Assembly: GCF_017656055.1 (NCBI RefSeq)
Contig: NZ_CP069383.1
Span: forward strand, 120,001-152,000
Direction: 5' to 3'
DNA length: 32,000 nucleotides
Source of the DNA: Candidatus Saccharimonadota bacterium
GTDB lineage: Bacteria; Pseudomonadota; Gammaproteobacteria; Enterobacterales; Enterobacteriaceae
The position numbers were made by a program, and so were the translations under genes. The notes under the pieces are model-generated. The model was not told the DNA's origin, did no database searches, and worked only from the letters and a program-made list of their open reading frames with translations. Shown piece by piece: positions 8,644-19,337 of the stretch; the first letter of the stretch is position 1, and every line of letters begins with the position of its first letter.

Positions 8644-9693
8644 ATGAATAATATTTTTTTATTAATAAATTTAATTTTAAATTTAATTAATTTATCATTT
8701 TGTAATAATTTAAATAATAATAACGAATATAAATATAATGTTTTTCCTAAAATAATAAAAAAAGTGATGCCTGCAATAGTTAATATATATATAAAAGGTA
8801 ATAAATATGATAACAATATAAAAAATAAAATATACAATTTCATATATAAAAATATTTTAAAAAGAAAATATTTTGGAGGATTAGGATCTGGTGTAATAAT
8901 AGATTCTAAAAATGGGTATATATTAACTAATTATCATGTTATAAATAATTCTAATTTAATTAAAATACAATTATATAATAAAAAGGAACTTCAAGCTAAA
9001 TTAATAGATTTTGATACTAAAGTAGACTTAGCATTATTAAAAATAATTTCCCCATTTAAAAATTTAGTTGACATTAAAATATCAGATTTTAAGAATATTA
9101 ATGTTGGAGATCAAGTTATAGCAATAGGTAATCCTTTTGGATTAGGTCAAACAGTTACTTTTGGTATAATTTCAGCGTTAGGAAGATCTGGAATAAATAT
9201 ACATGGTATAGAAAATTTTATACAAACTGATGCTTCTATAAATAAGGGAAATTCTGGAGGAGCTTTAATAAATACTAAAGGAGAATTAATAGGAATAAAT
9301 ACTGCTATATTATCTCCTACTGGAGTAAATATAGGAATAGGTTTTGCAATACCAAGTAATACAATAAATGGTTTAATTAATCAAATAAAATATTATGGTA
9401 AAATAAAAAAAGATAATATTGGTATACATGGAATAACTATAGATAATTATATAAGTAAAAAAAATAATTTAAATATTAATTATGGTGTATTAATTAAAGA
9501 AATAGATGCTAATTCAATAGCAAAAAAATGTGGTTTATTAAAAAATGATATAATTTTATATATAAATAAATATAAAATAAAAAAATTTTCTGATTTAAAA
9601 TATATTTTATTTATAAATTATTCATATAAAAAAAAAACTATACTAAAAATATTAAGAAACAATATTAATATAGATATATTAATAAAATTTTAA
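8644..9693 (+). CDS. htrA: HtrA-family periplasmic serine endoprotease (DegP/DegQ-type protease domain, single PDZ)
   Basis: 349 aa with an N-terminal signal-like segment. Catalytic triad contexts are LTNYHVI (His), DLALLKI (Asp) and TDASINKGNSGGALIN (Ser). GNPFGLGQTVTFGIISALGRSG..ENFIQTDASINKGNSGGALINTKGELIGINTAILSP..IGIGFAIPSN closely matches E. coli DegQ/DegP. The length allows only one PDZ. Confidence 0.85.
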   Translation: MNNIFLLINLILNLINLSFCNNLNNNNEYKYNVFPKIIKKVMPAIVNIYIKGNKYDNNIKNKIYNFIYKNILKRKYFGGLGSGVIIDSKNGYILTNYHVINNSNLIKIQLYNKKELQAKLIDFDTKVDLALLKIISPFKNLVDIKISDFKNINVGDQVIAIGNPFGLGQTVTFGIISALGRSGINIHGIENFIQTDASINKGNSGGALINTKGELIGINTAILSPTGVNIGIGFAIPSNTINGLINQIKYYGKIKKDNIGIHGITIDNYISKKNNLNINYGVLIKEIDANSIAKKCGLLKNDIILYINKYKIKKFSDLKYILFINYSYKKKTILKILRNNINIDILIKF

Positions 9694-9694
9694 A

Positions 9695-10972
9695 CTATAT
9701 TTTTTTTATATTTGCTCCTAATTTAATTAATTTTTTTTCAAAATCTTCATATCCTCTGTATATATTATCTATATTATAAATAATACTTTCCCCTTCCGCT
9801 ATACATGCTGCTATAATTAATGTTGCGGAAGATCTTAAATCATTTGTTATTATTTTTTTATGTCCATATAATTTTTTAGTATTATTACAAATTATAGTTT
9901 TTTTATTTATTATATTAAAAGTTGCTTTCATTTTAATAAATTGATTTATATGTGTTAATCTATTTTCAAATATATTTTCTGTTATTATACCTTTTTTTTT
10001 ATTATTATTGGATAAAATATTTAATAAACAAATAAATGGTTGTAAATCTGTTGGAAAACCTGGAAATTCTTTAGTTTTTATTGATATAGAATTATATTTT
10101 ATAGATGGAATTATTTTTATATAATTATTACCTATATTTATTTTATGACCTATTTTTTTTAATTTATATATTAATATTTTTAAATCATTTTTATATTCTA
10201 TATTATTTAATTTAATAATTCCTCTAGATATACATGATGTTATTATAAAAGTTCCTAACTCTATTCTATCATATATTATATCATATATACCTCCTTTTAA
10301 TTTTTTAACTCCAAATATTACTATTTTATTTTTAAATATTTTTATATTTGATCCTAAATAATTTAAAAATTTTATTGTTTCTAATATTTCTATATCTAAA
10401 GAACAATTATTAATTATAGTAATTTTATTAGATATAACTAATAAAAAAATTATATTTAATGTTACTCCTACACTTTTTTTTTCCATAGTTATTTCTTTAA
10501 ATATTGTTTTATTATTTTCATTTTTTTTATTACAAAAAATTTTATTTTTATATATTTTTATATCTATATTAAATTTTTTTATATTTTTAATATGTAAATT
10601 TATTGGTCTATTACCTATTTTACATCCACCAGGTTTTATTGTAATAAATTTATTAAATTTTGATATTATAGGACCTAATAATAATATAGAGGATCTTATT
10701 TTGTTTATTATTTTAAAATTTATATTATATTTATTTATATAATTATTATTTATGTAACATATATTTTTATATATAAATATTTTGGATCCCATAAGTTTTA
10801 ATATTTTTATTAATATTTTTACATCATTTATTATAGGTATATTTCTTATAATTATCATTTTATTACTTAATATACTAGCAATTAATATTGACATACAAAC
10901 ATTTTTAGATCCAGATATATTTATACTTCCACATAATTTTTTTTGTCCTATTATTTTAAATCTGTTTTTCAT
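9695..10972 (-). CDS. murA: UDP-N-acetylglucosamine 1-carboxyvinyltransferase
   Basis: 425 aa. KIIGQKKLCGSINISGSKN (E. coli RVQGPTKLQGEVTISGAKN), the active-site Cys context PGGCKIGNRPINLH, FPGFPTDLQ, TENIFENR, TNDLRSSATL and IYRGYEDFEKKLIKLGANI. Confidence 0.93.
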   Translation of the reverse strand: MKNRFKIIGQKKLCGSINISGSKNVCMSILIASILSNKMIIIRNIPIINDVKILIKILKLMGSKIFIYKNICYINNNYINKYNINFKIINKIRSSILLLGPIISKFNKFITIKPGGCKIGNRPINLHIKNIKKFNIDIKIYKNKIFCNKKNENNKTIFKEITMEKKSVGVTLNIIFLLVISNKITIINNCSLDIEILETIKFLNYLGSNIKIFKNKIVIFGVKKLKGGIYDIIYDRIELGTFIITSCISRGIIKLNNIEYKNDLKILIYKLKKIGHKINIGNNYIKIIPSIKYNSISIKTKEFPGFPTDLQPFICLLNILSNNNKKKGIITENIFENRLTHINQFIKMKATFNIINKKTIICNNTKKLYGHKKIITNDLRSSATLIIAACIAEGESIIYNIDNIYRGYEDFEKKLIKLGANIKKI

Positions 10973-11091
10973 AAAATTATTTTATACTTTTTTTTATATT
11001 TTTAATAAAAAAAATATAAATGATTTAAAATATATTTTAATATTTATTTAAATTATTATACTATATAATAAAAAAAATATATTTTAAAAAT

Positions 11092-12369
11092 ATGAAAAAA
11101 AAAAATATTAATTTATCAATTAAAGGTATAAAAGATATATCTATTGATGAATTAAAAATATGGGATTATTATTTTGATATATTAAATAATATTTTAATTA
11201 GTTTTAATTATAGTAAAATACAATTATCTATATTAGAAAAGATAGATATTTTTAAAAATATAATAAAAAATGATTTAGAATATAATGTTTTTATAAAAAA
11301 AACTTATAATCTATTTGATAAAAATAATAAAGTATTAATTTTAAATCCTGAAGGTACAATACCATGTATAAAATATTGTATTTTAAATAATTTATATTAT
11401 AAAAATAAAATAAATAAACTATATTATTTTAATCCTATATTTAGGTATGAAAATACTCAGTATATGAGATATAGAAAATTTTATCAATTTGGAATAGAGA
11501 TTTTTGGTTCTAATAAAATAGAATATGAAATTGAACTTATTTATATAATATTTATTTTTTTTAAAAAAATAAATATTTTAAAATATTTAAAATTAAATAT
11601 AAATAATATTGGAAATTATAATGATAGAATAAATTATTGTGATAATGTAATAAATTATTTAAAAAATAAATTTAATTATAATAATAATGATTTTATAATT
11701 AAAGAAATAAAAAAATACGATTTATCCATATTTTATAAAAAAAAAGATTTTTTTTATAATAAAAAAATACCTGTAATATATGATTATGTAAATAAATATT
11801 CTAAAGAAAAAATGTTTAATTTTATAAATTTTTTAAAATTTAATAATATAAATTATAATATAAATTATTTTTTATTTAGAGGATTAAATTATTATAATGA
11901 TATAATTTTCGAATGGAATATAAATAAAATTTCAATATGTGGTGGAGGTAGATATGATAATTTAGTTGAAAAAATGTATAATAAAAATATTTATGCTTTA
12001 GGATTAGCTATAGGTTGGAATAGATTAATAAAATTAATATATGAAAAAAATGAAAATAAATATTTAAAATTAAATAATATAATATATATATATATATCTT
12101 GTATTAATTTTTTATGTATTTATACTATGATTAATATATATAATATTATATCAAAGGAAAATAATAAAATAATAATAGTTTTAGACTATTCATTAAAAAC
12201 ATTAAAAAAAAATTTGGAATTATCGTTTAAAAAAAAGTATAATATTTGTATATTAATTTATAAATTAAAAAATAATAATAATATAAAAATTTATATTAAA
12301 AATTTTAATTATAAATATACAAAAATATCTTCAATAAAAAATATATTAAAAGATTTAAAAATAAAATAA
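11092..12369 (+). CDS. hisS: Histidyl-tRNA synthetase
   Basis: 425 aa. LNPEGTIPCIKY, class II motif 2 FRYENTQYMRYRKFYQFGIEIFG (E. coli FRHERPQKGRYRQFHQLG), motif 3 ICGGGRYDNL. The hisS-yfgM-der order matches E. coli. Confidence 0.9.
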   Translation: MKKKNINLSIKGIKDISIDELKIWDYYFDILNNILISFNYSKIQLSILEKIDIFKNIIKNDLEYNVFIKKTYNLFDKNNKVLILNPEGTIPCIKYCILNNLYYKNKINKLYYFNPIFRYENTQYMRYRKFYQFGIEIFGSNKIEYEIELIYIIFIFFKKINILKYLKLNINNIGNYNDRINYCDNVINYLKNKFNYNNNDFIIKEIKKYDLSIFYKKKDFFYNKKIPVIYDYVNKYSKEKMFNFINFLKFNNINYNINYFLFRGLNYYNDIIFEWNINKISICGGGRYDNLVEKMYNKNIYALGLAIGWNRLIKLIYEKNENKYLKLNNIIYIYISCINFLCIYTMINIYNIISKENNKIIIVLDYSLKTLKKNLELSFKKKYNICILIYKLKNNNNIKIYIKNFNYKYTKISSIKNILKDLKIK

Positions 12370-12374
12370 AAAAA

Positions 12375-12971
12375 ATGAAAAATATAATAACAAAATCTAA
12401 TTTTAAAATAATAATATTATTTATAATAATAATATTGATAATAATATTTAAAATTAAAAATAATGATAAAATAAGTAATTTAATTAAAAAAATTAATAAT
12501 TATATTTTTAATTCTATTAATTTTATTAAAGAAAAAATTATTAATTTTTATTTGAATTTTATGTTTAAAAATTTTATAGATAAAGAAATAAATTTATCTA
12601 TAAAATATATAAAAATTAATAAATTTATAGAAGCTGAAAAAAATTATAATTTTATCTTAAATAAAATTGAATATTATGAAAATAATTTTATAGAATATAA
12701 AAATATTATATTAATAAATTTAATACGTTTACAAATATTATTAAATAAATATAATGAAGCTTTTATAAATTTAAAAAAAATAAAAATTTTAAATAATTAT
12801 TGGTATATAATAAAAATGTTATATAAAATTAATATTAATTTAATATTAGGAAATATTAATACATCTAAAAATATTTTAAAATTATTATTATTAAATTATA
12901 ATTATGATAATTTATATATTAATAATATTTTATTATCTAAAATTAATATTTTAAATTTATTTAATGAATAA
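12375..12971 (+). CDS. yfgM: YfgM-like membrane-anchored TPR-like protein (ancillary SecYEG partner)
   Basis: 198 aa (E. coli 206 aa) with an N-terminal TM helix (IIILFIIIILIIIF). It sits between hisS and der as in E. coli. Weak hand alignment: NIILINLIRLQILLNKYNEAFINLKKI vs AVINLRLARVQVQLKQADAALKTLDTI, and the C-terminus KINILNL vs KINNL. Confidence 0.55.
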   Translation: MKNIITKSNFKIIILFIIIILIIIFKIKNNDKISNLIKKINNYIFNSINFIKEKIINFYLNFMFKNFIDKEINLSIKYIKINKFIEAEKNYNFILNKIEYYENNFIEYKNIILINLIRLQILLNKYNEAFINLKKIKILNNYWYIIKMLYKININLILGNINTSKNILKLLLLNYNYDNLYINNILLSKINILNLFNE

Positions 12972-14293
12972 TGAATTTAATTTCTATAATTGGTTATAAT
13001 AATGTAGGTAAATCTTCTTTATTTTATAAATTATCAATTAAAAATATTAATAATTATAATAATTTTAAAAGTAATGATTTAATATTTAATTACTGTTTTT
13101 TTAATAAAAATATGATAATTACAGATACTTCAAATTTTGATTTTAATTTTAAAAATAAATTAAATTTAGAAATTTTTAATAATATAAGTACATTAATAAA
13201 TAATTCTGATTTAATTTTATTTATAGTTGATGTAAATAATATATATTCTAATTTTAATAAAAAAATAAGTAATTTACTTATAAATAACAAAAAAAATATA
13301 TTTTTATTAATAAATAAAATAGATTTAAATAAAAATTATAAATATAATATTAATAAAAAAAAGTTATATAATTTAAAATATGATTTTTTTTTTATTTCTA
13401 TAAAAAAAAATATTGGTATAAATGATTTAATTTATAGTATAAATAATAAACTAAATAATAAAAAAGAAATAAATAATAGTAATTATTTAAATAAAATTAA
13501 AAAATTTATTATAACATCTAATAATAATAAAAAAAAAATAATAATAATTGGTAAAACTAATTCTGGTAAATCTACATTGTTAAATTCTTTAATTAATAAT
13601 AAAAGAATGTTAGTTTCTGATATAGAAAATACAACTCTTAATATAATAAGTTCTGAAAATATAAATAAAAATATTATAGTTACTGATACATATGGAATAA
13701 TTTATAAAGATAAATATAAAAATAAATATTTATTTAAGAATATATTAAAAAATATATATAATCACAATATTATGTTATATATATCATCATATTATGATTT
13801 AAATAATAATGATTTAAATATGATAAATTTATTTATTAATAATAATATTTACATACCTTTAATATTAATTATAAATAAAATTGATTTATTAAAAAACAAA
13901 AATGAAATTAATATTGTAAGAAGTAATATATTAAATAAATTAAAATTTGTAAAAAATAAAATAAATATTTTATTTATTTCTGCTATGAATAATATTGGTA
14001 TAAATAAACTTTTTTTTTATATAAAATCTTTAAATATAAAAAAAATTTATAATAATAATAATATAAATATATTAAAAAAAATAATATTGGATTTAATTAT
14101 TATTTATAATAAAAATAATAAAAAAAAAATAAATTTTAAAATCAATAATATTTATATTAATAATAACATTTTAAATATTATTATAAATAATAATATTAAT
14201 ATTAATGAAAATTTTAAGAGATTTATAATAAATAATATAAATAAAAAGATAGAAAAGGGATATATATTAAAAATTATTTATAAAATATATTAA
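12971..14293 (+). CDS. der: Ribosome-assembly GTPase Der/EngA (tandem GTPase domains plus KH-like domain)
   Basis: 440 aa with two P-loops, IIGYNNVGKSS and IIGKTNSGKST, and two NKxD motifs (INKIDL twice). The second domain has DTYG. The start overlaps the yfgM stop (TAATG). Confidence 0.88.
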   Translation: MNLISIIGYNNVGKSSLFYKLSIKNINNYNNFKSNDLIFNYCFFNKNMIITDTSNFDFNFKNKLNLEIFNNISTLINNSDLILFIVDVNNIYSNFNKKISNLLINNKKNIFLLINKIDLNKNYKYNINKKKLYNLKYDFFFISIKKNIGINDLIYSINNKLNNKKEINNSNYLNKIKKFIITSNNNKKKIIIIGKTNSGKSTLLNSLINNKRMLVSDIENTTLNIISSENINKNIIVTDTYGIIYKDKYKNKYLFKNILKNIYNHNIMLYISSYYDLNNNDLNMINLFINNNIYIPLILIINKIDLLKNKNEINIVRSNILNKLKFVKNKINILFISAMNNIGINKLFFYIKSLNIKKIYNNNNINILKKIILDLIIIYNKNNKKKINFKINNIYINNNILNIIINNNININENFKRFIINNINKKIEKGYILKIIYKIY

Positions 14294-14900
14294 AACTTTT
14301 AAAATAATTTATTTTATTTTTATATATTTTATTTATATATATATTATATATTATATTAATATTTATGTTTTTTATATATAAATATTTTTTTTTTATAAAT
14401 TTTAATATTTTTTTAGATTTATATATAATAATTATTAACTTATTTTTAAAGTTATTTAATATATTTATAATATTTAATATTTTTTTAAAATTATATATAT
14501 AATATATATTTTTTTTACCTTTAAAATAAAAAAGATTATTACTTAATTTTATTATATAAAATAAGTTATTTATATTTTTATTGTAAATATATTTTAATAT
14601 ATAGTTTGAAATTTCTACTATAGATATAGTTATAATTGGTATATTTTTATCTATAGATAATCCTATAGATAATAATATTCCTATTCTAGTACCAATAAAT
14701 TTTCCTGGTCCAGTTATACATATAATTGAATTTATATCATTTAATTTTATATTATTTTTTAACAGTATAAAATTTATTAAATATAAAATATTTTCTAATT
14801 TAAAATTACAATTATTTTTATTTAATATTTTTACATCATTATTTTTAAATAATATTAAAAAATTTTCATATGATAAATTTATACATATAACATTATTCAT
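14274..14900 (-). CDS. tsaB: tRNA t6A37 synthesis protein TsaB (YeaZ)
   Basis: 208 aa. ICITGPGKFIGTRIGILLSIGLS matches the TsaB signature GPGSFTGVRIG. The 3' end overlaps the convergent der 3' end by 20 nt. Confidence 0.8.
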   Translation of the reverse strand: MNNVICINLSYENFLILFKNNDVKILNKNNCNFKLENILYLINFILLKNNIKLNDINSIICITGPGKFIGTRIGILLSIGLSIDKNIPIITISIVEISNYILKYIYNKNINNLFYIIKLSNNLFYFKGKKNIYYIYNFKKILNIINILNNFKNKLIIIIYKSKKILKFIKKKYLYIKNININIIYNIYINKIYKNKINYFKSFNIFYK

Positions 14901-15112
14901 TATAATATTTCTACATTTTTTGCAGATAATCCTTTATCTGTTTCTAATATTTCAAATTCTACATTTTGTCCTTCTATTAATGTTTTAAATCCATTGCAAT
15001 TTATTGATGAAAAATGTACAAATATATCCTTTTCTTCATTATTTTCGTTTACTGTTATAAATCCAAATCCTTTGCTTTTATTAAACCATTTTACTATTCC
15101 TTTAGTTTTCAT
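14900..15112 (-). CDS. cspE: Cold-shock domain protein, CspE/CspC-like
   Basis: 70 aa. [17 protein letters not shown] (RNP1) and DIFVHFSSI (RNP2) are nearly collinear with E. coli CspE ([44 protein letters not shown]). Its ATG overlaps the dnaE TGA (ATGA). Confidence 0.92.
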   Translation of the reverse strand: MKTKGIVKWFNKSKGFGFITVNENNEEKDIFVHFSSINCNGFKTLIEGQNVEFEILETDKGLSAKNVEIL

Positions 15113-17901
15113 TTTTTACCTCTAAAAATATTTAATTGATTAAAATTATAATTTTTATATTCAATAATATATTTATTAATTAAATATATCATTTTATTTC
15201 TATTCTTATAAAAAATATCACAGGCTCCTCCGTTTATGATATTTTCAAAAGTTTTTTTATTTATTTTTTTACTTTTATGTAATCTTATATACATATTTAA
15301 TAAATTTAAAAATATAGATTTATTTCTTATTTTTAATATTTCATTTATATTTGATTTTCCTAATCCTTTTATATATCCTAAACCACATATTATAGTATTT
15401 TTATTTATAGGATAAAAATTATAATGACTTTTATTTATATTTGGTTTTATAAATTTTATTCCTAAATTTATACATTCTTTTATTGTTTCATTTATTTTTT
15501 CTTTATTGTTATATAAATCATAATTTATTACAGAACACATATATTCTATAGTATAGTTAGATTTTAACCATAAAGTTTGATATGCTATTAAAGCATATGC
15601 TGTTGAATGTGATTTATTAAATCCATATCCAGCAAATTTTTCTATTATTTCAAAAATTTTATTTGCTAAATTAAAATTTATTTTATTTTTTTTAATAGCT
15701 CCATTTATAAATTTATTTTTTTGTTTATTCATCTCCTTAATTCTTTTTTTACTTATAGATATTCTAAAAATATCTGCTTCATGAGGAGAATAATCTGAAA
15801 ATTTATTCGCTATTTGTATTATTTGTTCTTGGTATAATATTATACCATATGTTGAAAATAAAATATCTTTTAATAACAAATGTTCCATATTTTTTTCAGG
15901 ATAATATATTTTTTCTATACCATTTTTTCTATTAATATAATTTTTTACCATACCTGAATTTAATGGTCCTGGTCTAAATAATGCTATTATATCAATAATA
16001 TCTTTAAATTTATTTGGTTTAATTTTTTTTATTAATTTTTTTATACCATAAGATTCTAATTGAAATACTGAATTAGTTTTACATTTTAATAATAAATTAA
16101 AACTTTTTTTATCATTTAAATTTATATTATATATATCAAAATTGTTATTATATTTTTTATTTATTTCTTTTATTGTATTATCTATTATTGTTAAAGTTTT
16201 TAAACCTAAAAAATCAAATTTAACTAAACCTATTTTTTCGATATCATTTTTATCAAAATTAGTAATACTACTTTTATTATCTAAATCATAATCTATAGGA
16301 ATTATATCATTTATTTTTATTGATGATATAATTATTCCTCCTGAATGTTTACTAACATTTTTTATAGTTCCTTCTATTTTTTTAGATATATCTATTAAAT
16401 TTTTTATATCTTTATTATTTTTATATAAATTATATATTTCACAATTTTTATTATTTATTAAATCTTTTAATAATATATTTGGACCAAAAGGTATAATTTT
16501 AGAAATTTTATTTATAAATCCATAAGTATATCCTAAAACTTTTCCAACATCTTTTATAACTGATCTTGCGGTAAGTGTATTAAAAGTTATTATTTTAGAA
16601 ACATTTTCATGTCCATATTTTTTTATTATATGTTTGATTACTAAATCTCTTTTTTCCATACAAAAATCTATATCTAAATCAGGCATAATTGTTCTTTCTA
16701 AATTTAAAAACCTTTCAAATAATAAATTAAATTTTATTGGATCTATTTTAGTTATATTTAAAACGTATGATACTAATGATCCTGCACCAGAACCTCTACC
16801 AGGTCCTACAGGTATATTATTATTATTTGCCCAATCTATAAATTCATAAACTATTAAAAAATATGAAGAAAATTTTTTTTCATTTATTATTTTTAGTTCT
16901 TCTTTTAATCTATTAAAATATATTTTATATTCTTTTATTTTTTCTAATTTATTTTTATATATTTTATTTTTTAATTTTTTAATTAAATTAATTCTACTAT
17001 ATCTTATTAATAATTCATGATTTTTTAAATTTTTACAATTTTTATATATTTTATTTGGTAATAATTTGTTTTTAAAATTTAATATTAAATTACATTTTTT
17101 AGATATTTCTAAACCATTTATTATTGATTCCTTAATATTATTAAATAAAAAGTTCATTTCATATATATTTTTAAAATATTGATTTTCATAATATATACTA
17201 TTATTTTTATAACAATTAGAAGAATTATTATTATATATTGATACTTTTATCTGATGATATTCGTAATCTTCTTTATTAATAAATCTTACATTATTAGTAG
17301 AAACTAATGGCAGATCATATTTTATTGAAATATCTATATATTTATTTATTAAATTATTGTTATTTTTATTATTATTAATTTTATTAATTTCTAAATAAAT
17401 ATTATCTTTAAAAAATTTATTATAAAAAATTATATTTTCATCAATATTATAAATTTCATTATTAATAATAGATTTATATATAAAATTGTTTTTATAATCT
17501 AATATAATTATTATTTCTTTATTAAATTTTTTTAATATTTCATTTTCTATAAAAGGATATTTATTTTTTTTTTTATTTAAGTTAGCTATTGAAATTAATT
17601 TTATTATATTTTTATAACCAATTATATTTTTTGCTAGTAATGTTATTAAATAAAAATCATTTTTTTTATTATTTAATATTAATAAATCACAACCTATTAT
17701 TGGTTTAATATTATTTTTACAACATTTATCATAAAATTTAATTAATCCATATAAATTATTAAAATCTGTTATTGCTAAAGATTTCATATTAAATTCTTTT
17801 GCCTTATTTACTAATTCATCTATTTTTATTAAGCTATCTATTATTGAATATTCAGTATGTACTTTTAAATGAACAAAATCATTTATTTTTTTATTATTCA
17901 T
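15109..17901 (-). CDS. dnaE: DNA polymerase III alpha subunit, C-terminally short (930 aa vs 1160 in E. coli)
   Basis: PHP domain [15 protein letters not shown]; palm/fingers [63 protein letters not shown]. The C-terminus [42 protein letters not shown] aligns with E. coli [43 protein letters not shown] (residues about 880-925). Confidence 0.95.
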   Translation of the reverse strand: MNNKKINDFVHLKVHTEYSIIDSLIKIDELVNKAKEFNMKSLAITDFNNLYGLIKFYDKCCKNNIKPIIGCDLLILNNKKNDFYLITLLAKNIIGYKNIIKLISIANLNKKKNKYPFIENEILKKFNKEIIIILDYKNNFIYKSIINNEIYNIDENIIFYNKFFKDNIYLEINKINNNKNNNNLINKYIDISIKYDLPLVSTNNVRFINKEDYEYHQIKVSIYNNNSSNCYKNNSIYYENQYFKNIYEMNFLFNNIKESIINGLEISKKCNLILNFKNKLLPNKIYKNCKNLKNHELLIRYSRINLIKKLKNKIYKNKLEKIKEYKIYFNRLKEELKIINEKKFSSYFLIVYEFIDWANNNNIPVGPGRGSGAGSLVSYVLNITKIDPIKFNLLFERFLNLERTIMPDLDIDFCMEKRDLVIKHIIKKYGHENVSKIITFNTLTARSVIKDVGKVLGYTYGFINKISKIIPFGPNILLKDLINNKNCEIYNLYKNNKDIKNLIDISKKIEGTIKNVSKHSGGIIISSIKINDIIPIDYDLDNKSSITNFDKNDIEKIGLVKFDFLGLKTLTIIDNTIKEINKKYNNNFDIYNINLNDKKSFNLLLKCKTNSVFQLESYGIKKLIKKIKPNKFKDIIDIIALFRPGPLNSGMVKNYINRKNGIEKIYYPEKNMEHLLLKDILFSTYGIILYQEQIIQIANKFSDYSPHEADIFRISISKKRIKEMNKQKNKFINGAIKKNKINFNLANKIFEIIEKFAGYGFNKSHSTAYALIAYQTLWLKSNYTIEYMCSVINYDLYNNKEKINETIKECINLGIKFIKPNINKSHYNFYPINKNTIICGLGYIKGLGKSNINEILKIRNKSIFLNLLNMYIRLHKSKKINKKTFENIINGGACDIFYKNRNKMIYLINKYIIEYKNYNFNQLNIFRGKK
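15118..15123 (-). promoter_or_regulatory. Shine-Dalgarno (AGAGGT) for cspE, embedded in the last dnaE codons
   Basis: Minus strand reads TTT AGA GGT AAA AAA TGA, with the cspE ATG overlapping the TGA. The spacer is 5 nt. Confidence 0.6.
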
Positions 17902-18029
17902 TAAATATTAATATAAATATTGTTTATATTTAGTTTTATTAAGAAAAATAAATTATTTTTTTTTAGAATAAATAAAAATAATTTTTTGATATTTATTTTA
18001 GTTATTTATAATATTTTTATTTAAAAGTT

Positions 18030-18755
18030 TTATTTTATATTACCAAATTTTCTATTTCTTTTTGAATATGAAATTAATGATTCTATAAATTCTTTTTCTC
18101 CAAAATCTGGCCATAATACATCAGTAAAATATAATTCTGAATATGCTATATTCCATAATAAAAAATTACTTACTCTTTTTTCTCCTCCAGTTCTTATTAA
18201 TAGATCTACATTAGAAAAATATTTATTATTTATAGAAATATATTTATTTATAAGAGATTCTGATATATAATTAATTTTTAATTTACCTGTTTTTAATTTA
18301 TAATTAATTTTATTAAAAGCTTGTATTAAATCCCATTTTCCACTATAATTTATTGCTATATTAAGTATTAATTTATTATTATTTTTAGTTATGTTTTCTG
18401 TTTCTTTAATATAAAATATTAATTTTTTATTTAATAATTTTCTATTACCTATTATGTTAATTTTTATATTTTTTTTATTTAAATTATTTATTTCATATTT
18501 TAGTTTATTTAAAAATATATTCATTATATAATTTATTTCTTCTTTAGGTCTTTTATTAATATTTTCTATACTCATGACATATAAAGTTAACATTTTTAAA
18601 TTATAATAAATTGATATATCTATAATTTTATTTATGGATTCTGTACCTTTTTTATGTCCAAAAGTTCTAGGTTTACCTTTTTTATTAGCCCATCTACCAT
18701 TGCCATCCATTATAATAGCCACATGATTAGGTATTTTATTTATATTAAATTTCAT
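18030..18755 (-). CDS. uppS: Undecaprenyl-diphosphate synthase
   Basis: 241 aa. HVAIIMDGNGRWA, TLYVMSIEN, DLLIRTGGEKRVSNFLLW and YSELYFTDVLWPDF are classic cis-prenyltransferase motifs. Confidence 0.93.
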   Translation of the reverse strand: MKFNINKIPNHVAIIMDGNGRWANKKGKPRTFGHKKGTESINKIIDISIYYNLKMLTLYVMSIENINKRPKEEINYIMNIFLNKLKYEINNLNKKNIKINIIGNRKLLNKKLIFYIKETENITKNNNKLILNIAINYSGKWDLIQAFNKINYKLKTGKLKINYISESLINKYISINNKYFSNVDLLIRTGGEKRVSNFLLWNIAYSELYFTDVLWPDFGEKEFIESLISYSKRNRKFGNIK

Positions 18756-18779
18756 ATAATAAAAAAATATATTTTGTTT

Positions 18780-19337
18780 TTATATTTTATTTACTTCTAG
18801 TTCTTTTAATTTAAAAATTTTTTCTAATACAATAATATTGTTATTTGTAATTTTATTTATTTTATTAAAATTATAATTGTATTCATTTTTACTTATATTT
18901 TTATTTTTTAACATATTCTTATTTTTATTATTAAATAAATTTCTAATATTTCTTACTATTATTTTTTTATTTTCTAATTCATTTTTTATGTATCTTAATA
19001 TTTTATTTTTTCTTTCTTTTGTATTTAATGGTAAATTTAATATAATACAATTATTATCTATTTTTATGTTAAAATCTAACTTCATATTTAATATTATCTT
19101 ATTAATTTCTTTTATATATTTTGAATTATTAAATTTTATTATTAGTTCTTTATTATTTTTTAAAGAAAAATTAGAAATATCTTTTATATCTATATCTTTA
19201 TTATTATCTTTTAATTTTATATTATAAAATAATTTTAATGGAATTTTGTTTATATATATATTATCTATTTGTTCTTGAAAATTATTTATTAAATTTTTTA
19301 ATTTAATTTCTAAATCTTCATATATATTATTATACAT
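18780..19337 (-). CDS. frr: Ribosome recycling factor
   Basis: 185 aa (E. coli 185). LPLNTKERKNKILRYIKNELENKKIIVRNIR vs E. coli [32 protein letters not shown]. Located within the rpsB-tsf-frr-uppS block. Confidence 0.88.
   Translation of the reverse strand: MYNNIYEDLEIKLKNLINNFQEQIDNIYINKIPLKLFYNIKLKDNNKDIDIKDISNFSLKNNKELIIKFNNSKYIKEINKIILNMKLDFNIKIDNNCIILNLPLNTKERKNKILRYIKNELENKKIIVRNIRNLFNNKNKNMLKNKNISKNEYNYNFNKINKITNNNIIVLEKIFKLKELEVNKI

Noticed and set aside
11025-11087. A 16-nt palindrome TTAAAATATATTTTAA (11025-11040) and a second copy of AAAATATATTTTAA (11074-11087) lie just upstream of hisS, suggesting a possible operator pair.
   Set aside because: The sequence is entirely A/T. TATA-type self-complementary strings of this length are expected by chance in spacers of this composition, and there is no supporting protein or conservation evidence.
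15109-15112. The dnaE stop is TGA. UGA could be read as Trp (code 4), which would explain the short dnaE.
   Set aside because: Read-through adds only four codons (K L K E) before an in-frame TAG. All conserved Trp positions I checked are TGG, and every gene is full length under table 11.
14900-15112. The OB-fold protein CspE sits exactly where the deleted OB domain of DnaE would be, is translationally coupled (ATGA) and has its SD inside dnaE. It could be a split or replacement OB module.
   Set aside because: The 70-aa protein is a bona fide CspA-family member with RNP1/RNP2 motifs, near-collinear with E. coli CspE, and shows no similarity to the DnaE OB domain. The adjacency is most simply a by-product of deletions. 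A functional link is pure speculation.
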